From NCBI RefSeq assembly GCF_009914755.1, contig NC_060941.1: a stretch of 64,000 bases of DNA. One strand, 5' to 3'. Below are positions 14,091-29,586 of this stretch, one piece after another. The translations under genes and the position numbers were made by a program. Numbering within the stretch: position 1 is the stretch's first letter; each line of letters begins with the position of its first letter. This stretch comes from the human T2T-CHM13v2.0 reference genome, Homo sapiens. A model generated the notes under the pieces. That model made no database searches. It had not been told where the DNA came from and worked only from the letters and a program-made list of their open reading frames with translations.

Positions 14091-15349
14091 CCCTAAATCA
14101 AGAGCCAAATTGTTCCTCTCTGAACCAAGGGATGCTCTCAGACAGGGGTCTTTGGATGAGGGCACGCAGCAGAGTTTGATAAATACAACCAGTGGGGGCT
14201 TTCTCAGTGCGGTTCTGCAAATTGCAAACACAACATCTAAGTGTTTGCTCTTCCTTTCTTACTGTAGTTTAAATACCAAGAAACATTTCCCTAAAAGAAT
14301 TTTAACCTCTAAGACTGCAGATGCTCCCACACTGGCATCTTCTAAGACCAGCTGATTGGGCCAACAGGGGTCCAGACCCAACCAGAGACAGGGGGATGGA
14401 CAAGATGACCGCCCATACCCCCTGCACTTACCCCAAGGAGGTTCTCTCCAGCCAGGCATTTTAATTAATTTTAGTCCCTTTCAAGACCACAGTTATTATT
14501 GTAAAAACACCGATAATACTAAACACATGTGGAAAGCACAGCGCCGGCTGCAGCCCTGGAGACCTGGGGACGTGCTAAGTCATATGTCATCTGGGGTGGT
14601 GAGAAATCAGCAGGCCCCCTCCCCCTGCCCTCTGAGACCCCAACACCCTTCTCAGTAGGACTGCTCTCCTTCTGTCACCAGCCAAGCCCCCTTCCTAGCT
14701 CAGCTTCCCCACCCCCACCAAAACTCAAGTACCCTTCCCTCCCCACAGAAACAGCCAAGGTGGGTGGGGTGGCAGGCCTCTGGAAATCCTGGTTTAATGA
14801 TTTTATTAGGAAAGAGGCGGGAAGAAAAGAAAAGGCACATTCTCTCATTTTGGAAGAATGCTTCATTATCTGCCTTTGCAGAGTGTGAAACACCTCACTG
14901 GGCTCTAACCAGCCCTGAATTATTGAGTGAGATGCTCAGGTGTCAGGCTTTCCTCTCCCCCATCCCCCTGGGCCACCCCACTGGTTGCTGGAGGGTGTCT
15001 CAATTCCACCTTCAGGTGAAGGCTGGGAAAATCCAAGAGCTACAGAGCTGCATGGGCATTGTCCTCCCAGAACCATGACCTCTTTCGGGAGCTATTGCCT
15101 GAAAACAGTCCCCTTGGCATGTGTCTAGTTCCATCTTCACTTGTGTAAGACCATTTCTCCTGCATTCTTGGCCTCACATCTGATTCCCAGGTGCCTTTTG
15201 CCTCGTGAAACACCTCACTCCTATTTTAGAGGTTAGAAAGTTCCTTCTTAGCCAAAACGGAGCTAAAGATGCTGACATTTGGGTAGTTCTCTGTGACTGA
15301 TTGAGAAGTATGAAAAATCTTCCACTTCCACAGCCCTGCTTGTTTTCAT

Positions 15350-15455
15350 TCCTTGAAGATGACAGAGTAGATATTGTTATTCCCATTTTACAGATGGAAA
15401 AGGCAAAATGCAGAGGGGTTAAGTGGCCCTTCCAATGGCACACAGCAATTACAAA
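15350..15455 (-). mobile_element. MIR fragment
   Basis: TTATTCCCATTTTACAGATGGAAAAG...AGAGGGGTTAAGTGGC. Confidence 0.7.
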
Positions 15456-16019
15456 GCAGAGATGGAGGGAACACGGGGCTCCTCAACAACAGTCTCCCTG
15501 TAACTGTGGACTGATCTGCCCCATGCCAGATAATCCCCAGCCTCTTTTAAGAGTGCCGTTTACGGACATTCTCTCCAAACCCCGGGGTTCCCGTGGCCCC
15601 TGGAACAGACAGGAAGGTCTGGTTGCTGTGCTCCAGATCACAGCCTCCATCTTCAGTTTCCATAACACCGGCTTCAGTGTTGGTCCCTCCCCAGGGTCAG
15701 ATACCACCTCTCTCACTGGGTCCTCCCCTGGCTCCACCTCTCCATATGAACATCTAGCCTCTTCCTGCCACCACTCTTCCCTGCAAGAATCCCTGCAGTC
15801 ACATACACCCCCCACCCTAAACTAGGCATGGAAGTTCAGGCCAAACTAGGAATTCATCATCTACGGAAAAAAGAAAAAAAAAATCTTATTTCTGCCCCAG
15901 TTGTGGGGAGCTTGGACAGTGCGGCAGCTCACCTTCCAAAGACCTAAGTGACAAGTTTCTTGAGGACAGCCCCTTAAGCAGAGAAAAACAAAAATCCAAA
16001 AAAAAAAAAAATGAACACA

Positions 16020-16185
16020 TATTGACACTGTTGTATGTTGTATGATAAACTCATTTAATCATCACAAAGACTCCACGAAGCAGGTGCTGGTATTATAACC
16101 TTTTCATATATAGGGAAACTGAGGCACAGAGCAGCCAAGTAACTTGCTCAAGGTCATATAACTAGCAAGTGAGGGAGGTCTGATT
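16020..16185 (-). mobile_element. MIR SINE
   Basis: CTCATTTAATCATCACAA...GGAAACTGAGGCACAGAG...AAGTAACTTGCTCAAGGTCA. Confidence 0.85.
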
Positions 16186-16356
16186 AGACCATTGAAAACA
16201 AAACCAAAAACTATCACTGGAGGGGGTGTTTAGGGAGGGGTTATAACTGCCCAGTAGTAGCCATTTTCCCAATAATCTTTCCAGGAGGATAAAATCACCA
16301 TTCTACTCTCTTTAGTGCCCAGTAGTTGTGAGACCAAGGCAGTATCTCAGTGGATT

Positions 16357-16669
<313 letters not shown>

Positions 16670-16727
16670 TTAGTTTATATAATTAGTACTTAACTATCCA
16701 TCTTCCTTGGGTTTTCTTTTCCACCAC

Positions 16728-17083
16728 TGTATGAGAGTCATTCCTGCCAGCTGCCATGACAAAATCCCAGTGGTTTCACACAATAAAGGTTTATTTTTTC
16801 ATTCTTGTCTCAGTCTAAGTGGCTATTTGGGAGGGAGCCTTCCAAGTGGGATTCCAAATGATTCAAGGTGCCCCGTTCCATCCATCTTGTCCTGTCAGAC
16901 TCTCAGGAAAAGGGCAGCATGAAGCATCACTGGAAACAGAGTGGACCGGCTCTGCCCATATTCCATCAGCCAGAAGCTAGTCCAATGGTCCGAGCTAACC
17001 CCAGGAGAGGCTGGGGAATGCCGACTTCCAGCATGCCCAGGAAGAGAATATGCAATGCTGAGCATCCAGCTGGTCTCCACCAG
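16728..17083 (-). mobile_element. Old MLT1 (J/K/L-type) LTR
   Basis: AAATCCCAGTGGTTTCACACAATAAAGGTTTATT ... CCCATATTCCATCAGCCAGAAGCTAGTC. Confidence 0.65.
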
Positions 17084-18809
17084 ACCAGTTAATCCACTTC
17101 AATGTCTCCAACTGCTCCTCCATGACATGCCCCCAGGGGTCATGCTTGTTCTCCCCAAACGTGATGCTCAGGAGGACTAAACCTACCCTCTAGACATGGC
17201 CTGCTCATGCCAGAAGACCCAGCAACATCACCTCCCTGGATCTGGACACCACATGTCTATGAAGACAGCCTACATATATTTTAGCATTTTTAGCAACAGT
17301 CACACTGTTGGATCGTATTATGCTTGTGGTCAACTAAAACTTCCAGATTTCTTTCTTGTGAACTGCTGCCAACGGAGGGCTCTCTAATCTAGTTCTTGTG
17401 CTTCTGAATTTGAAACCACATGAAACTGAACAACAGTTGTTGAAAGTCTTCCCTCTTGCTGGGTTTGGCTGGGCATTTGGGTCTGCAGAGATTATCAGGG
17501 ATCCTGATGTTACATCCATCGTATCAGCTTCGCTCCTAGCCCAGTGGCATCTTTGGCCTTTCCAGATCTTTGGGCAAGTCACCGATACAGATTTAGACCA
17601 GGATGAAGGCTGATAGCACAACTACGATTTGAAATGAGCCTTTGATTGATACCTTGGGTATGGTTGTTTAGCCCTCTGGGAATCTGTCGAACAAGACCAT
17701 TTACCAGCTCACATTTACTCTGTTAACCAGATGATAAAGTCAAGTAAAACCTCATTCATTTAGTGCTTACTCTTTGAAAGCATCTAATTTCCCCCAATAT
17801 ATCATTCTTGTTGAACTCAATATGCTATAAACCCTAACTAATCCATGGTCATAGCAACGTATCTGAAGTCATACAGTTTATTATTAACAGAACACAAGCT
17901 GGAATGTAGATGTCCTGAATCTCAATGCTTTCCCATCATCAAGAATCTAATGTGTGCACAGTGTACCAAGAGACCATGGCCTTGAAGCAGAAACTGGCCC
18001 CACTAAAGTGGCGCCATGTGGCTGTTAGCACCTCCTCTGAAATGCCCACATATTTTCCAGCTTGCAATTTGCCATTCACCAGTCCACTTCTTTGCCCCTC
18101 CAATTAGAAAGACAAGAAATATGACTGCAAAATATTGTGTTGGGAAAACTACCTGGAGTCATTCAGGCATGACTCACGTCACATGCGCGTTCATGTTCAT
18201 CTTGTACTTGGGGAAAGGCCTCCTGGGGACCCTCATGACAACCATCAAACCCCACCTCCACATGCTCCGGAGGTCAAACTCAGTGAGGAGGGCTGGTGTG
18301 AATTGGTAAAACCCTTAGCTACAGAAAGCTATGGAAGAGAGGGATGTCTGTTTGATTTCCAAGTACGCAGTACCTCGGCTGAGAGAGCGTGGCCAAGAAG
18401 AGGTTCTGTGGGATCTGATAAGAATCCACCCTAATTAACACGCTAATTGTTTCCAAGTAGATGTTTCTAAGGGCTTGAAGAGCTTGTTTGCTTGAGTAGA
18501 CCAAAAACCTCCCCCTCTCCATTAAATATTGTTTACATCGTTAGTTCCCTGGACAAACTGTTTTATCACAAAAAAAATAAAGGTGAACCTAAGACAGGGT
18601 GAAATTATTCTGAATTCTTAATGAATGAAATCCTTGATAATTACAATCTTTTTTTAAAAAAAAAAATCTGAGCTTGCAGGATCTTACTTGGGTATAAGAG
18701 AAAATCATCCAAATTCAGGTCGTTTCTTTTTTCACACTCTAGAATCATATGTCTTTTGTTAATTTGCTTTTTAATGTGAATGTATTTATCCAGATAACTT
18801 TATACGTAG

Positions 18810-18990
18810 GAGTGAGGCACTGGGCTGTGTACCATTCATTCATTATCTCAGATGATCTTCACAACAATTATATGAACAGTGCGAGCAAATTAGCCCCATT
18901 TACAGATGGAGGAAGCGAGACTAAAGGGATCACACAGTGAACACTTGGTCTGGAAAAAACCAGCAATCAAACTCACGCCTCCGACTCCAG
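18810..18990 (-). mobile_element. MIR SINE
   Basis: ATCTTCACAACAA...CCCCATTTACAGATGGAGGAAGCGAGAC. Confidence 0.75.
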
Positions 18991-19124
18991 CAAGACTTAT
19001 GGTCATATAGGCAGTGACTAAAGCCTATAGGTTTTTAAGGGCCCATGAAAACATTTGAACCCTTTAAAACAAAAACAGAAACAAAAACAAAACAAAGGAC
19101 TGACTCCAGGACATAAAGAACTAC

Positions 19125-19411
<287 letters not shown>

Positions 19412-19537
19412 CCTACAAAACCTATTTCACCAAATATTTAGTTAAATATTTACAAAATAACACTGTTAACTAGCCAATGGTAATTTAACTCAATCCTCAA
19501 GTAGTTACCAGTGAATATAAAATTTCAATTAAGAATA

Positions 19538-19615
19538 CAGTTGGCCCTCCCTATCTGTGGTATGAGTTTGGTAGAATCTGAAGATACAGAACTCATGGAT
19601 AGAGAAGGCCAACTG
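19538..19615. mobile_element. Minimal Tigger/MER2-group MITE
   Basis: TIRs CAGTTGGCCCTCCCTATC and GATAGAGAAGGCCAACTG, flanked by TA on both sides. Confidence 0.8.
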
Positions 19616-19679
19616 TAGCTATTTTTTCTTAAATCTCAAAGTTACAAAAATTATGAAGACTCCCTCATTTCTGCATCCC

Positions 19680-19713
19680 CATAAGATGAAATTTTTAAAA
19701 ATTTCATCTTATG
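19680..19713. repeat. Perfect 34-bp palindrome
   Basis: CATAAGATGAAATTTTT|AAAAATTTCATCTTATG, zero spacer. Confidence 0.97.
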
Positions 19714-19779
19714 ATGAAATTTATGATGGGTATATTTTAATGCTTTTGATAAAATGAAGGGTGAGCCCTCCAAAAATAA

Positions 19780-20358
<579 letters not shown>

Positions 20359-20819
20359 TAAATGTATAAAACAAGATTTCTTTTATAAATAGTTGACCGT
20401 GCTCTAAAATTAAGGAATTAGGATAAGTCAGAGAGCCCTGGAGAGACACGCCATTGGCTTATGTGGTGTTTCATGATGAGCGGGGTTAGGACGGAACAAG
20501 CTAGGAAATGGACTTTGTCACAGGTAAAACTAGAAATTGGCCCAGCTCAAAGGGACCAGATTGCCCCTGGAAGTATGGAGCAGGCTTTTTCCAGGAGGAG
20601 CTGGAAGGGTCAGTAGCACAGTTTGCCAAACTTCACATGTCCCCACTTTCTGCAGAGAAACCACATGTGGTGTTGATGATCACCGGAGCCCTGGCGTCCA
20701 GAAGGCAGTATCTAGGTCAGAAGTTTTGGGTATCGGCCTGGCTGTCAGGAGACTCTCTACCTCTCATGAGGCCTTCTGTCTTTATCAGAAGATAAAACAA
20801 ATAAGCGAAAACAACTTCC

Positions 20820-21123
<304 letters not shown>

Positions 21124-21348
21124 TAGAGAAGTTGCGGAGAACCCAGCTAAAGGGGGAAAGTGGGTTGTCTCAGGGTTGAGCTCATGTGAGCCCGGCTGAG
21201 CACCCCCTGAAACAAACACCAACAGCACCTGACATTTTTAGAGTATTTTTCAGAAGACACTTTCAACTAGATCTCACCTGACTTGATTGTCATTCTGATT
21301 CTGGAAGCTACATGAGGCAGAATACTTTAATTGCAGTAAATAAGTAAG

Positions 21349-21840
21349 GTTCATTGCAGCACTATTTACAATAGCAAAGACTTGGAACCAACCCAAATGC
21401 CCATCAAGGATAGACTGGATAAAGAAAATGTGGCAGATATACACCATGGCATACTATGCAGACATAAAAAAGGATGAGTTCATGTCCTTTGCAGGGACAT
21501 GGATGAAGCTGGAAGCCATCATTCTCAGCAAACTAACACAAGAACAGAAAACCAAACACCGCATGTTCTTACTCATAAGTGGGAGTTGAATGATGAGAAC
21601 ACATGGACACAGGGAGGGGAACATCACACACCAGGGCCTGTCGGGGGTCGGGGGCAAGGGGAGGGAGAGCATTAGGACAAATACCTAATACATGCGGGGC
21701 TTAAAACCTGGATGATGGGTTGATAGGTGCAGCAAACCACCATGGCACATGTATAGCTATATAACAAACCTGTACATTCTGCACATGTATCCCAGAACTT
21801 AAAGTGAAATTAAAAAAAAAAATTTTAAAAACATAAAAAA
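21349..21840 (+). mobile_element. 5'-truncated L1PA (about L1PA7/8) inserted in a MIR
   Basis: ORF2 end and 3'UTR (GCACTATTTACAATAGCAAAGACTTGGAACC...CCCAGAACTTAAAG), A-tail; TSD AAATAAGT(A/G)AGGTTCA. Confidence 0.95.
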
Positions 21841-22616
21841 TAAGTGAGGTTCAAAAAAGTTAAGGAACTGCTTCAAAGCCACACAGCGAAGCAGGGGCAA
21901 GGCCTTCACTAGCCCCAGGCCTCTGAACCCAGGTCCTCTCTTGACTCCCCTGCAGGCTCTGGCTCTCCCACACTGTGGACTGAGCCTCGCAAGAGAGTTA
22001 CCAGCTCACATCCTCCACTTCAGGATACAAAAAACCAGGGACCCAGGCCTGCTGGCAGGAGGCCCCAAATTGCCCAAGCTCTTGACTCCAAAATAGTGTT
22101 TGTATGTCTAAGACCTGGTAACTTAAACTATGCTTCTCATTTTTGCCCTTTAAAGTAGACCGGGAGGCTGAGTCATGGCTAGCTGAGTTGGAAGGTGTGG
22201 CCACCCACCCATCCGCTCCTCCCACCCACAACCAGTCCTGCCCTCCTGAGCTCCGGACAGGGTGGGCCAAGGGCTGTGTAGACAGACTAAGCCCCCTTCT
22301 CCCCTTCTCTCCAGACATAGAAACTGGGTCTTGGTGCTGCCATGCGGCTTCTGGACCCTCCCCCAGTTTGGGGCGTCTCAAGGAGGGGCGTCTCATGGAG
22401 GGGCATCCCGAAGTATCTCTTAGAGCCAGACTGTGGCATACTCTACCCACCGGACGCTTCCCAGCACAGGGAAGCCTCCCAGACACCTGAGACCCATGCA
22501 GCAAACACAGGACTCTGCCTGCTAGATGGGGAGCATCTTGAGGACATTCAGAGGACCTGGTTCATCTCTAAAATGCCGTGTCCACCGAGGTGACCGTTCA
22601 CCATGACCTCTCCACA

Positions 22617-23000
22617 TATCTATTCAGCAGACATTTGTCCATCCCCTCCCCCGACCCACATCATCCTCTCCCCACCAGCCAAGGGCTGTTTTTGGCACCT
22701 GGGACAGAGTCTGTGCCTTTAAGAAGCTCATGGTCTGGTGGGCTAGACAGTCAAGAAAACAATTACCATTCAAACTGATTCATACGATTAGGGAAAGCAC
22801 AGGGTAAAACTGTAAACCCAGAGGGGGAAAAAAAGTAAAAGACACATAAAATCCAGCCTGGGTTTATATGTGTTTAACTCGTATAGCCCATCCACTCCTT
22901 CCACCCACAGCCATTCCTGCCCTCCTGAGTTCTAGCCAAACTAAGACCCCTCCGATCCACACATTAGAAAGGAGGTGATGTGGGAACAGAATCTTAAAAC
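22617..23000 (-). mobile_element. L2 fragment
   Basis: ATTCAGCAGACATTT...CTGTGCCTTTAAGAAGCTCATGGTCTGGTGGG...GGAGGTGATG. Confidence 0.55.
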
Positions 23001-23784
23001 CTGGCTCACATCCTGTGTCCAACCGGGGCTCTGCTGGGTCAGTTTGGGTCAGCCCAAGGGACAGAAACTCTTGTCCAAGTTCATTAGGTGCAGTAGGAGT
23101 ACTACAAGGCTCCTAGGAGTACTACAAGGGCCTCCAGAGACCCCATTCCCAAGTAAGTGGCTTTCTCCTGGGGCTGGGGGTGTGGGTAGGGGTGAAGGTT
23201 TCCCTAGAACCAGTGAGCAGGGAGAATTCTGATGAGAGTCTTCCTCACTGAAGGCAAGGTGATGGCTGGAAGGGTGAACCCCAGAGGCAGGCCGCTCGGG
23301 ACACAGTGGCCTTCAGCGGGCAGGGGCATGAGGACAAGCAAGTAAGCCACCAAAGGGCAGCTCTCCAGGCCTGCAAAGAGCGAGATGCCGACTCGGCTTG
23401 GCGACCTTCCCAGGGGATGAGACAGTGCAAACCTCAAGGCCTGTGGTGTTATTCCAGACGCCAGGCTGAGCTTCCCTCCACCATCACATTAAGGCTCAGC
23501 TGTGCCCAGAGAATGTGTCTGCACACGGCGAAGGGCCACCTCCCAGCCCCAGCCAGCCACCCAGGAGCAACAGGCTTGACTTTCAACCTGATCCTGTGAC
23601 TAAATGCAGGCCCAGGCCAGACTTCTCCCAGGGGAAGACCAGACATAACTTGGTCACTTGGCTCCAAAGGAGTCCTGTGGAATACGGTCTTATGAAAGAG
23701 GGTCTGTGATAACCGCCTGGGGGTGCGTGGATGCAAAGCACAGAATTTCTTGGTGGGAGCGGGAGGATCTGCAGGACATGAGAC

Positions 23785-24010
23785 AATTTACTCCTTGCTT
23801 GTTACATGTGGCAGATGCTTTACCAGGTACTTCCCATGGTTTAGTTCAGATCCTCTGAATCACACTGAAAAGTATGATTTGTTCTCAGTTTTCAGATGGA
23901 GGAAACGAGACCTGGAGAGGCTCAGTCACCTGCCTAAGGCCACCCAGCCCAAGTGATAGCACTGAGTTCAGAGGCTGGTGTGTCTGACCCCAGCATCCCT
24001 GCTCTCCTGA
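23785..24010 (-). mobile_element. MIR SINE
   Basis: TTTTCAGATGGAGGAAACGAGAC...TCACCTGCCTAAGGCCACCCAGC. Confidence 0.8.
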
Positions 24011-24081
24011 GACATAATCTGGCCTGAATGAAAGCACCTCTTCCAACTTACTCCATTTCAATTAGATAGAAAAGCTTTTCC

Positions 24082-24423
<342 letters not shown>

Positions 24424-24588
24424 CTAGGGACAGAGCTTGAGAGAGGACAGGGACAGGAAGCTGAGAGCTGGGACAAGGCTCTTCAATGCAGTCAGTTCAG
24501 CTCAGCCATGGGACACCATGCTTGGGGTATGGGGAGGATGATGGAGGGCCCACAAGAAGAAGAAAGTGGTACCTGGAGAGTGGGCTCC

Positions 24589-24945
24589 TGATATGGTTTG
24601 GCTCTGTGTCCCCACCCAAATCTCATCTTGAGTTGTAATTTCCAGGTGTTGAGGGAGATACCTGGTTCAAGGTGATTGAATCACAGGGGTGGTTTCCCCT
24701 GTACTGTTCTTGTGATAGTGACTTCTTACAAGAGCTGATGGTTTTAAAAGGGGCTCTTCCCCCCTCACTCTCTTCTCTCTCCTGCTGCCATGTAAAGAAG
24801 GTCCTTGCTTCCCCTTCCGCCATGACTGTAAGTTTCCTGAGGCCTCCCCAGCCATGTGGAACGGTGAGTCAATTAAACCTCTTTCCTTTATAAATTACCC
24901 AGTCTCAGGTATTTCTTTATAGCAGTGTGAAAATAAACTAATACA
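24589..24945 (+). mobile_element. THE1 (C/D) MaLR solo LTR
   Basis: TGATATGGTTTGGCTCTGTGTCCCCACCCAAATCTC ... CTAATACA; TSD GCTCC. Confidence 0.95.
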
Positions 24946-25629
24946 GCTCCCTATCTCAGCCAGCTGTCTTCACCAGAACCTCCTTTCTGAGATGCAGAGA
25001 GGACCTCCCAGGGGGCAGGCACCTTTGTGCACCCAACTAAAGCCTCTGGCCCCCAGGTTCCATATCCCACATCCTGCCAGCTCCTGGGAGCCAGGCAGCA
25101 GCCTCTCCACCCCCCTTGGAGGTGGCTGGGAACACTGGTGCCTGGCTCAGGGAGGCTCCTGGAAGCCCTGGTTATGGCTCACTGCACTCAGCCGTCGGAT
25201 TAAAGGGGCTCAGAGTGAGGACAGCCTGCACGGCTGGGCCTGCTGGGCTCCCCTGGAGCAAAGCCAGGCAGCCCTTCCTTCCTCTGGGCTGGCCGGTGGG
25301 GCACCAGGCAGCTTGAAGGAGCTGTGGACAGAAAACAGAAGCTGAGTTGGCCTCAACCTTTCCATCCAGCTGCCACATAGGGCAGGGCTCCTCGGGAGCT
25401 GGAGGTGGCCTTTCCCAGGGGTTGGAGCCCCTGGATGGGGTGTTCTGGCCCAGCCCACTGGGGTGTTGCCCTGCTTGGCGGACAGCGTCCCACCCGGGTC
25501 TTGTTTAGAGTGAATCACTTGGAAAGAGACCTGTAACTGTATCCTGCAGGAAATCACAGGCTGGAAGCCAGAAAGAAACCAGGTCAAGCTTCATGGAATC
25601 AGGCCACCAGGAAGAAAGGCAAGGAGCCC

Positions 25630-26115
25630 AACATTTATGGAGTGTCTTCTCCATGCTGGGCACACTCAGCAAATGCAATGTGGCCCTTGTCCAGGGAGGT
25701 CGGGCTGAACCTCGTTTTGCAAATGGACCAAGACGATAAGTGATTTGGGGGCGGTTTAAATAAGCAGCAGGTGGCATAGCTGGGATGCAAACCCAGGTGT
25801 GCCTCACTCAAAGATCGATCAGTACACCACCAGTCACACCCAAGTCCACCCATTAATAATGCGGAGGTGGCCTCTCCTCACCGGCACCCTCCTCCAAACC
25901 CCAACTTAGGAGCATAGCAGCAGAGAGCATGGAAGCTCTTGGAGGCCCCTCGCTATATAAGGTGGTGTAGTCTGGGGGTCAAAAGCATGCAACCCAGCTT
26001 TGAGTCCTGTCTCTGCACCTATGAGCTGTGTGACACTGGGCAAGTGTCTGAAATGAGGGATTCTGCATAATGTTTAGGAACACAGCAAGTGTTTCGCATA
26101 TTTAGCTATTATTAT
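25630..26115. mobile_element. Two MIRs in opposite orientation (- ~25630-25830; + ~25960-26115)
   Basis: GGCATAGCTGGGATGCAAACCCAGG on -; GAGCTGTGTGACACTGGGCAAG on +. Confidence 0.65.
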
Positions 26116-26675
26116 TATCATCAGTATGGATATTGAATCTCAAAGACCCAGCTGGTGGCACCAGGCCTTCCCTTACCAAATCCCCTCCCTCTAAACCCCA
26201 ACCAAGGAGCAGGTTTCCCAGCAGGTTGCAGATCCCTCAGGACAGCTCTGCAGAGGGAGTGAGACCAGCAAGAGAGGAGGGGCTCAGTGATTGAAAATAA
26301 ACACTCCTCAGCAGACCACCCACTTCATCTCCCACCCCTCCCACTGTGAGCGGAGCAGCGGGGAGAGAACACAGATTCCTCCACCTAAGTTGAGTCAAGG
26401 CAAGCATGTTTCTCTTTTTCAGAGGAGAGGAGACCACGTGAAGTCAAACACAAGCACCCCAAACTACCTCCTTGCCCCATCTCTCAGGTGCAGCCCCACC
26501 TGATGCACCTGGGGAGGAGTTAAGAGCTGGGAAACAGATCATCACAGGCTGGGAAGCCAGAGGTGGGCACGGAGCACACAGAGGGGTTCTCCATGCAAAG
26601 ACACATGCACACTCCTGTCCAATGGCTCCTCAGCTCAAATGCCCTGGCCTGTGGGTGAACCACGCCACCATCTGA

Positions 26676-27217
<542 letters not shown>

Positions 27218-28629
27218 AGGTATCTCAGTTTTAATACTGAACCCACTCTCCCTCCATGGAAGCGTCTGTCTGCGTACTCTGAAGACCCCATGTTGCAGCC
27301 ATGATTCCTGCCCCCTCTTAGATGTTCGTAACACGGTGGTCTCGGAACACCCCCTCTCCAGCAGCTCCCAACCAACACCCATGGGTGCCATCCAGGCAGC
27401 AAGCTCCACTCAAGCTGGGGCTCACCAGAACGAGTTTGCATCCAATTCTCAAGCCTCAACTCTTCAGCTTTGTTTCCACCCTTCACCACTCCCCACAGCA
27501 TGCAAATAATACCGCATTTTATATGGAAAACACTAAAATAAGATCACACCTTTTAAAAGATATTTCCACCTCGCAGCCTGAAATCAGACTTCACCTTTCT
27601 CCCATTCCTCACAACCACCAGGCCAGCCCCCTCCCCTCACACACGCGCATGCACACACACACACGCACTCACACACTCACACACACCCGTTTCACTACCA
27701 GACTTCCCTAAGCCACTTTAATTGAAAAGGCATGATTTAGACTAATTGACAGCAGATGGGTTCGGTTGCAAAATGCAGAGAAGCATTTGTTGAACATGAT
27801 TTACAGCAACGAGGCAAAACTTTCTCCTTTTTATATCTTTCTCTGAGCTCCATGGCCAGAACAGCTCAGCAGAAATGAGAGGAGAAAAAAAAGTAATTAG
27901 TGTTTAATTTTTTAACAATTTTTAACTCCCTTTTTAATTGCTTTACATAAACCTGTCCTAGAATTTTACAGCCTTCAAATCTCTGTCTAAGTCTGGTCCT
28001 TGTTTCTGGTTTTAATTACAGGGAGGCTTGTCTGGCACATTAAATTAGAAGAAAAAAAAAAGCACACACAATTTCAGAACTATTTTGCTGTTGGACTCTC
28101 GACTGAACATCTAATATTTCAGCGTGCGAATGGGAAGGCACTGCCCGGGAGGGCTTTGGTAGGAGCAGACGTGGACCCAAGGGCTTCTGCAGCATTGTTG
28201 CATCGACCCAAAACTGTCTCTTAATGTTACGAGGAGGGAAAGAGCAGTCAGGATACAGTATCTGATGGGCCGTAGTGGCCCCTGGATGCTCAGCACTGCT
28301 TTGAATGCAGCTAGTTTCCTAGAACGGCTGTGTGCAGACTTTTGCAGGCTTTGGTCAGGCTGTAAGCTCTTATTTTTAAGCCAGGCCATCGATCTCATGC
28401 TCACTTCTCAGCAGTCCCTTTTAAGCAGGATAGTAACCAGAAAGAAGCACTGTGTGGAGAATACCAAGCGGATGGGTCTCCCCAGTGCAGGGTTCGTACG
28501 AGGGGAGAGTCAGGGCAGCAGATTCAGGGCACACGATGGAGGACCAGGTGGCCATCTGCATCTGAGTCTGCATCTTCCTTGCAGGGAGAGAGGGCTTGCA
28601 CCTGGACTTGTATGAACCAATGGAATCTT

Positions 28630-29005
28630 CTGTGCTGTCCAACATGGTAGCCACCAGCATATATGTGGCTATTTAAATGTACATGAATGAATATTCAATA
28701 CAATTTTGAATTATCTTGCTCGGTTGCATGAGCCACATTTCAACAGCTCAATAGCCTCAGGAGGCTAGTGGCGACGTAACATATCCAATAGCACAGATAT
28801 GAGACATTTCCATCACCAAGGAAAGTTCTATTGGACAGGGATGCCCTAGACCCTTGCTATTGAAAGTGTGTTCTGTGGCTAGGCCCTCTGCATCCCCCAG
28901 GAGCTGGTTAGAAATGCAAGATCACAGGCCTCACCCAGGCTTACTGACTCAGAATCTGCATGGTAACAAGACCCCCAGTGATCCAAGTACACATTATAGC
29001 GTATG
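28630..29005 (+). mobile_element. MER3 followed by MER5-type hAT elements
   Basis: CTGTGCTGTCCAACATGGTAGCCAC...TTCTATTGGACAG, then GAGCTGGTTAGAAATGCA...CAGAATCTGCAT. Confidence 0.85.
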
Positions 29006-29178
29006 TCCCGCTAGCTCGTGAGGATGAAAGTCTCAGAAGCTCCCCCACCCCGTAGCCTAGAATAACCTTTCCAACTTGCAGATTGCATATGACCCTCTGG
29101 GTTGGGGATTATGGTCAATTTCTCCTTTTTCAGCTTGTTTGTGTCTTCTGGATTTCTGCAGTTACCTTTACTTCCTCA

Positions 29179-29586
<408 letters not shown>

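Noticed and set aside
21349-21840. Active L1 or processed pseudogene
   Set aside because: Only ~490 bp of a diverged L1 3' end; no intact ORF and no host mRNA sequence.
23094-23135. 20-bp tandem duplication TAGGAGTACTACAAGG(G)C
   Set aside because: Ordinary slippage duplication with no associated motif.
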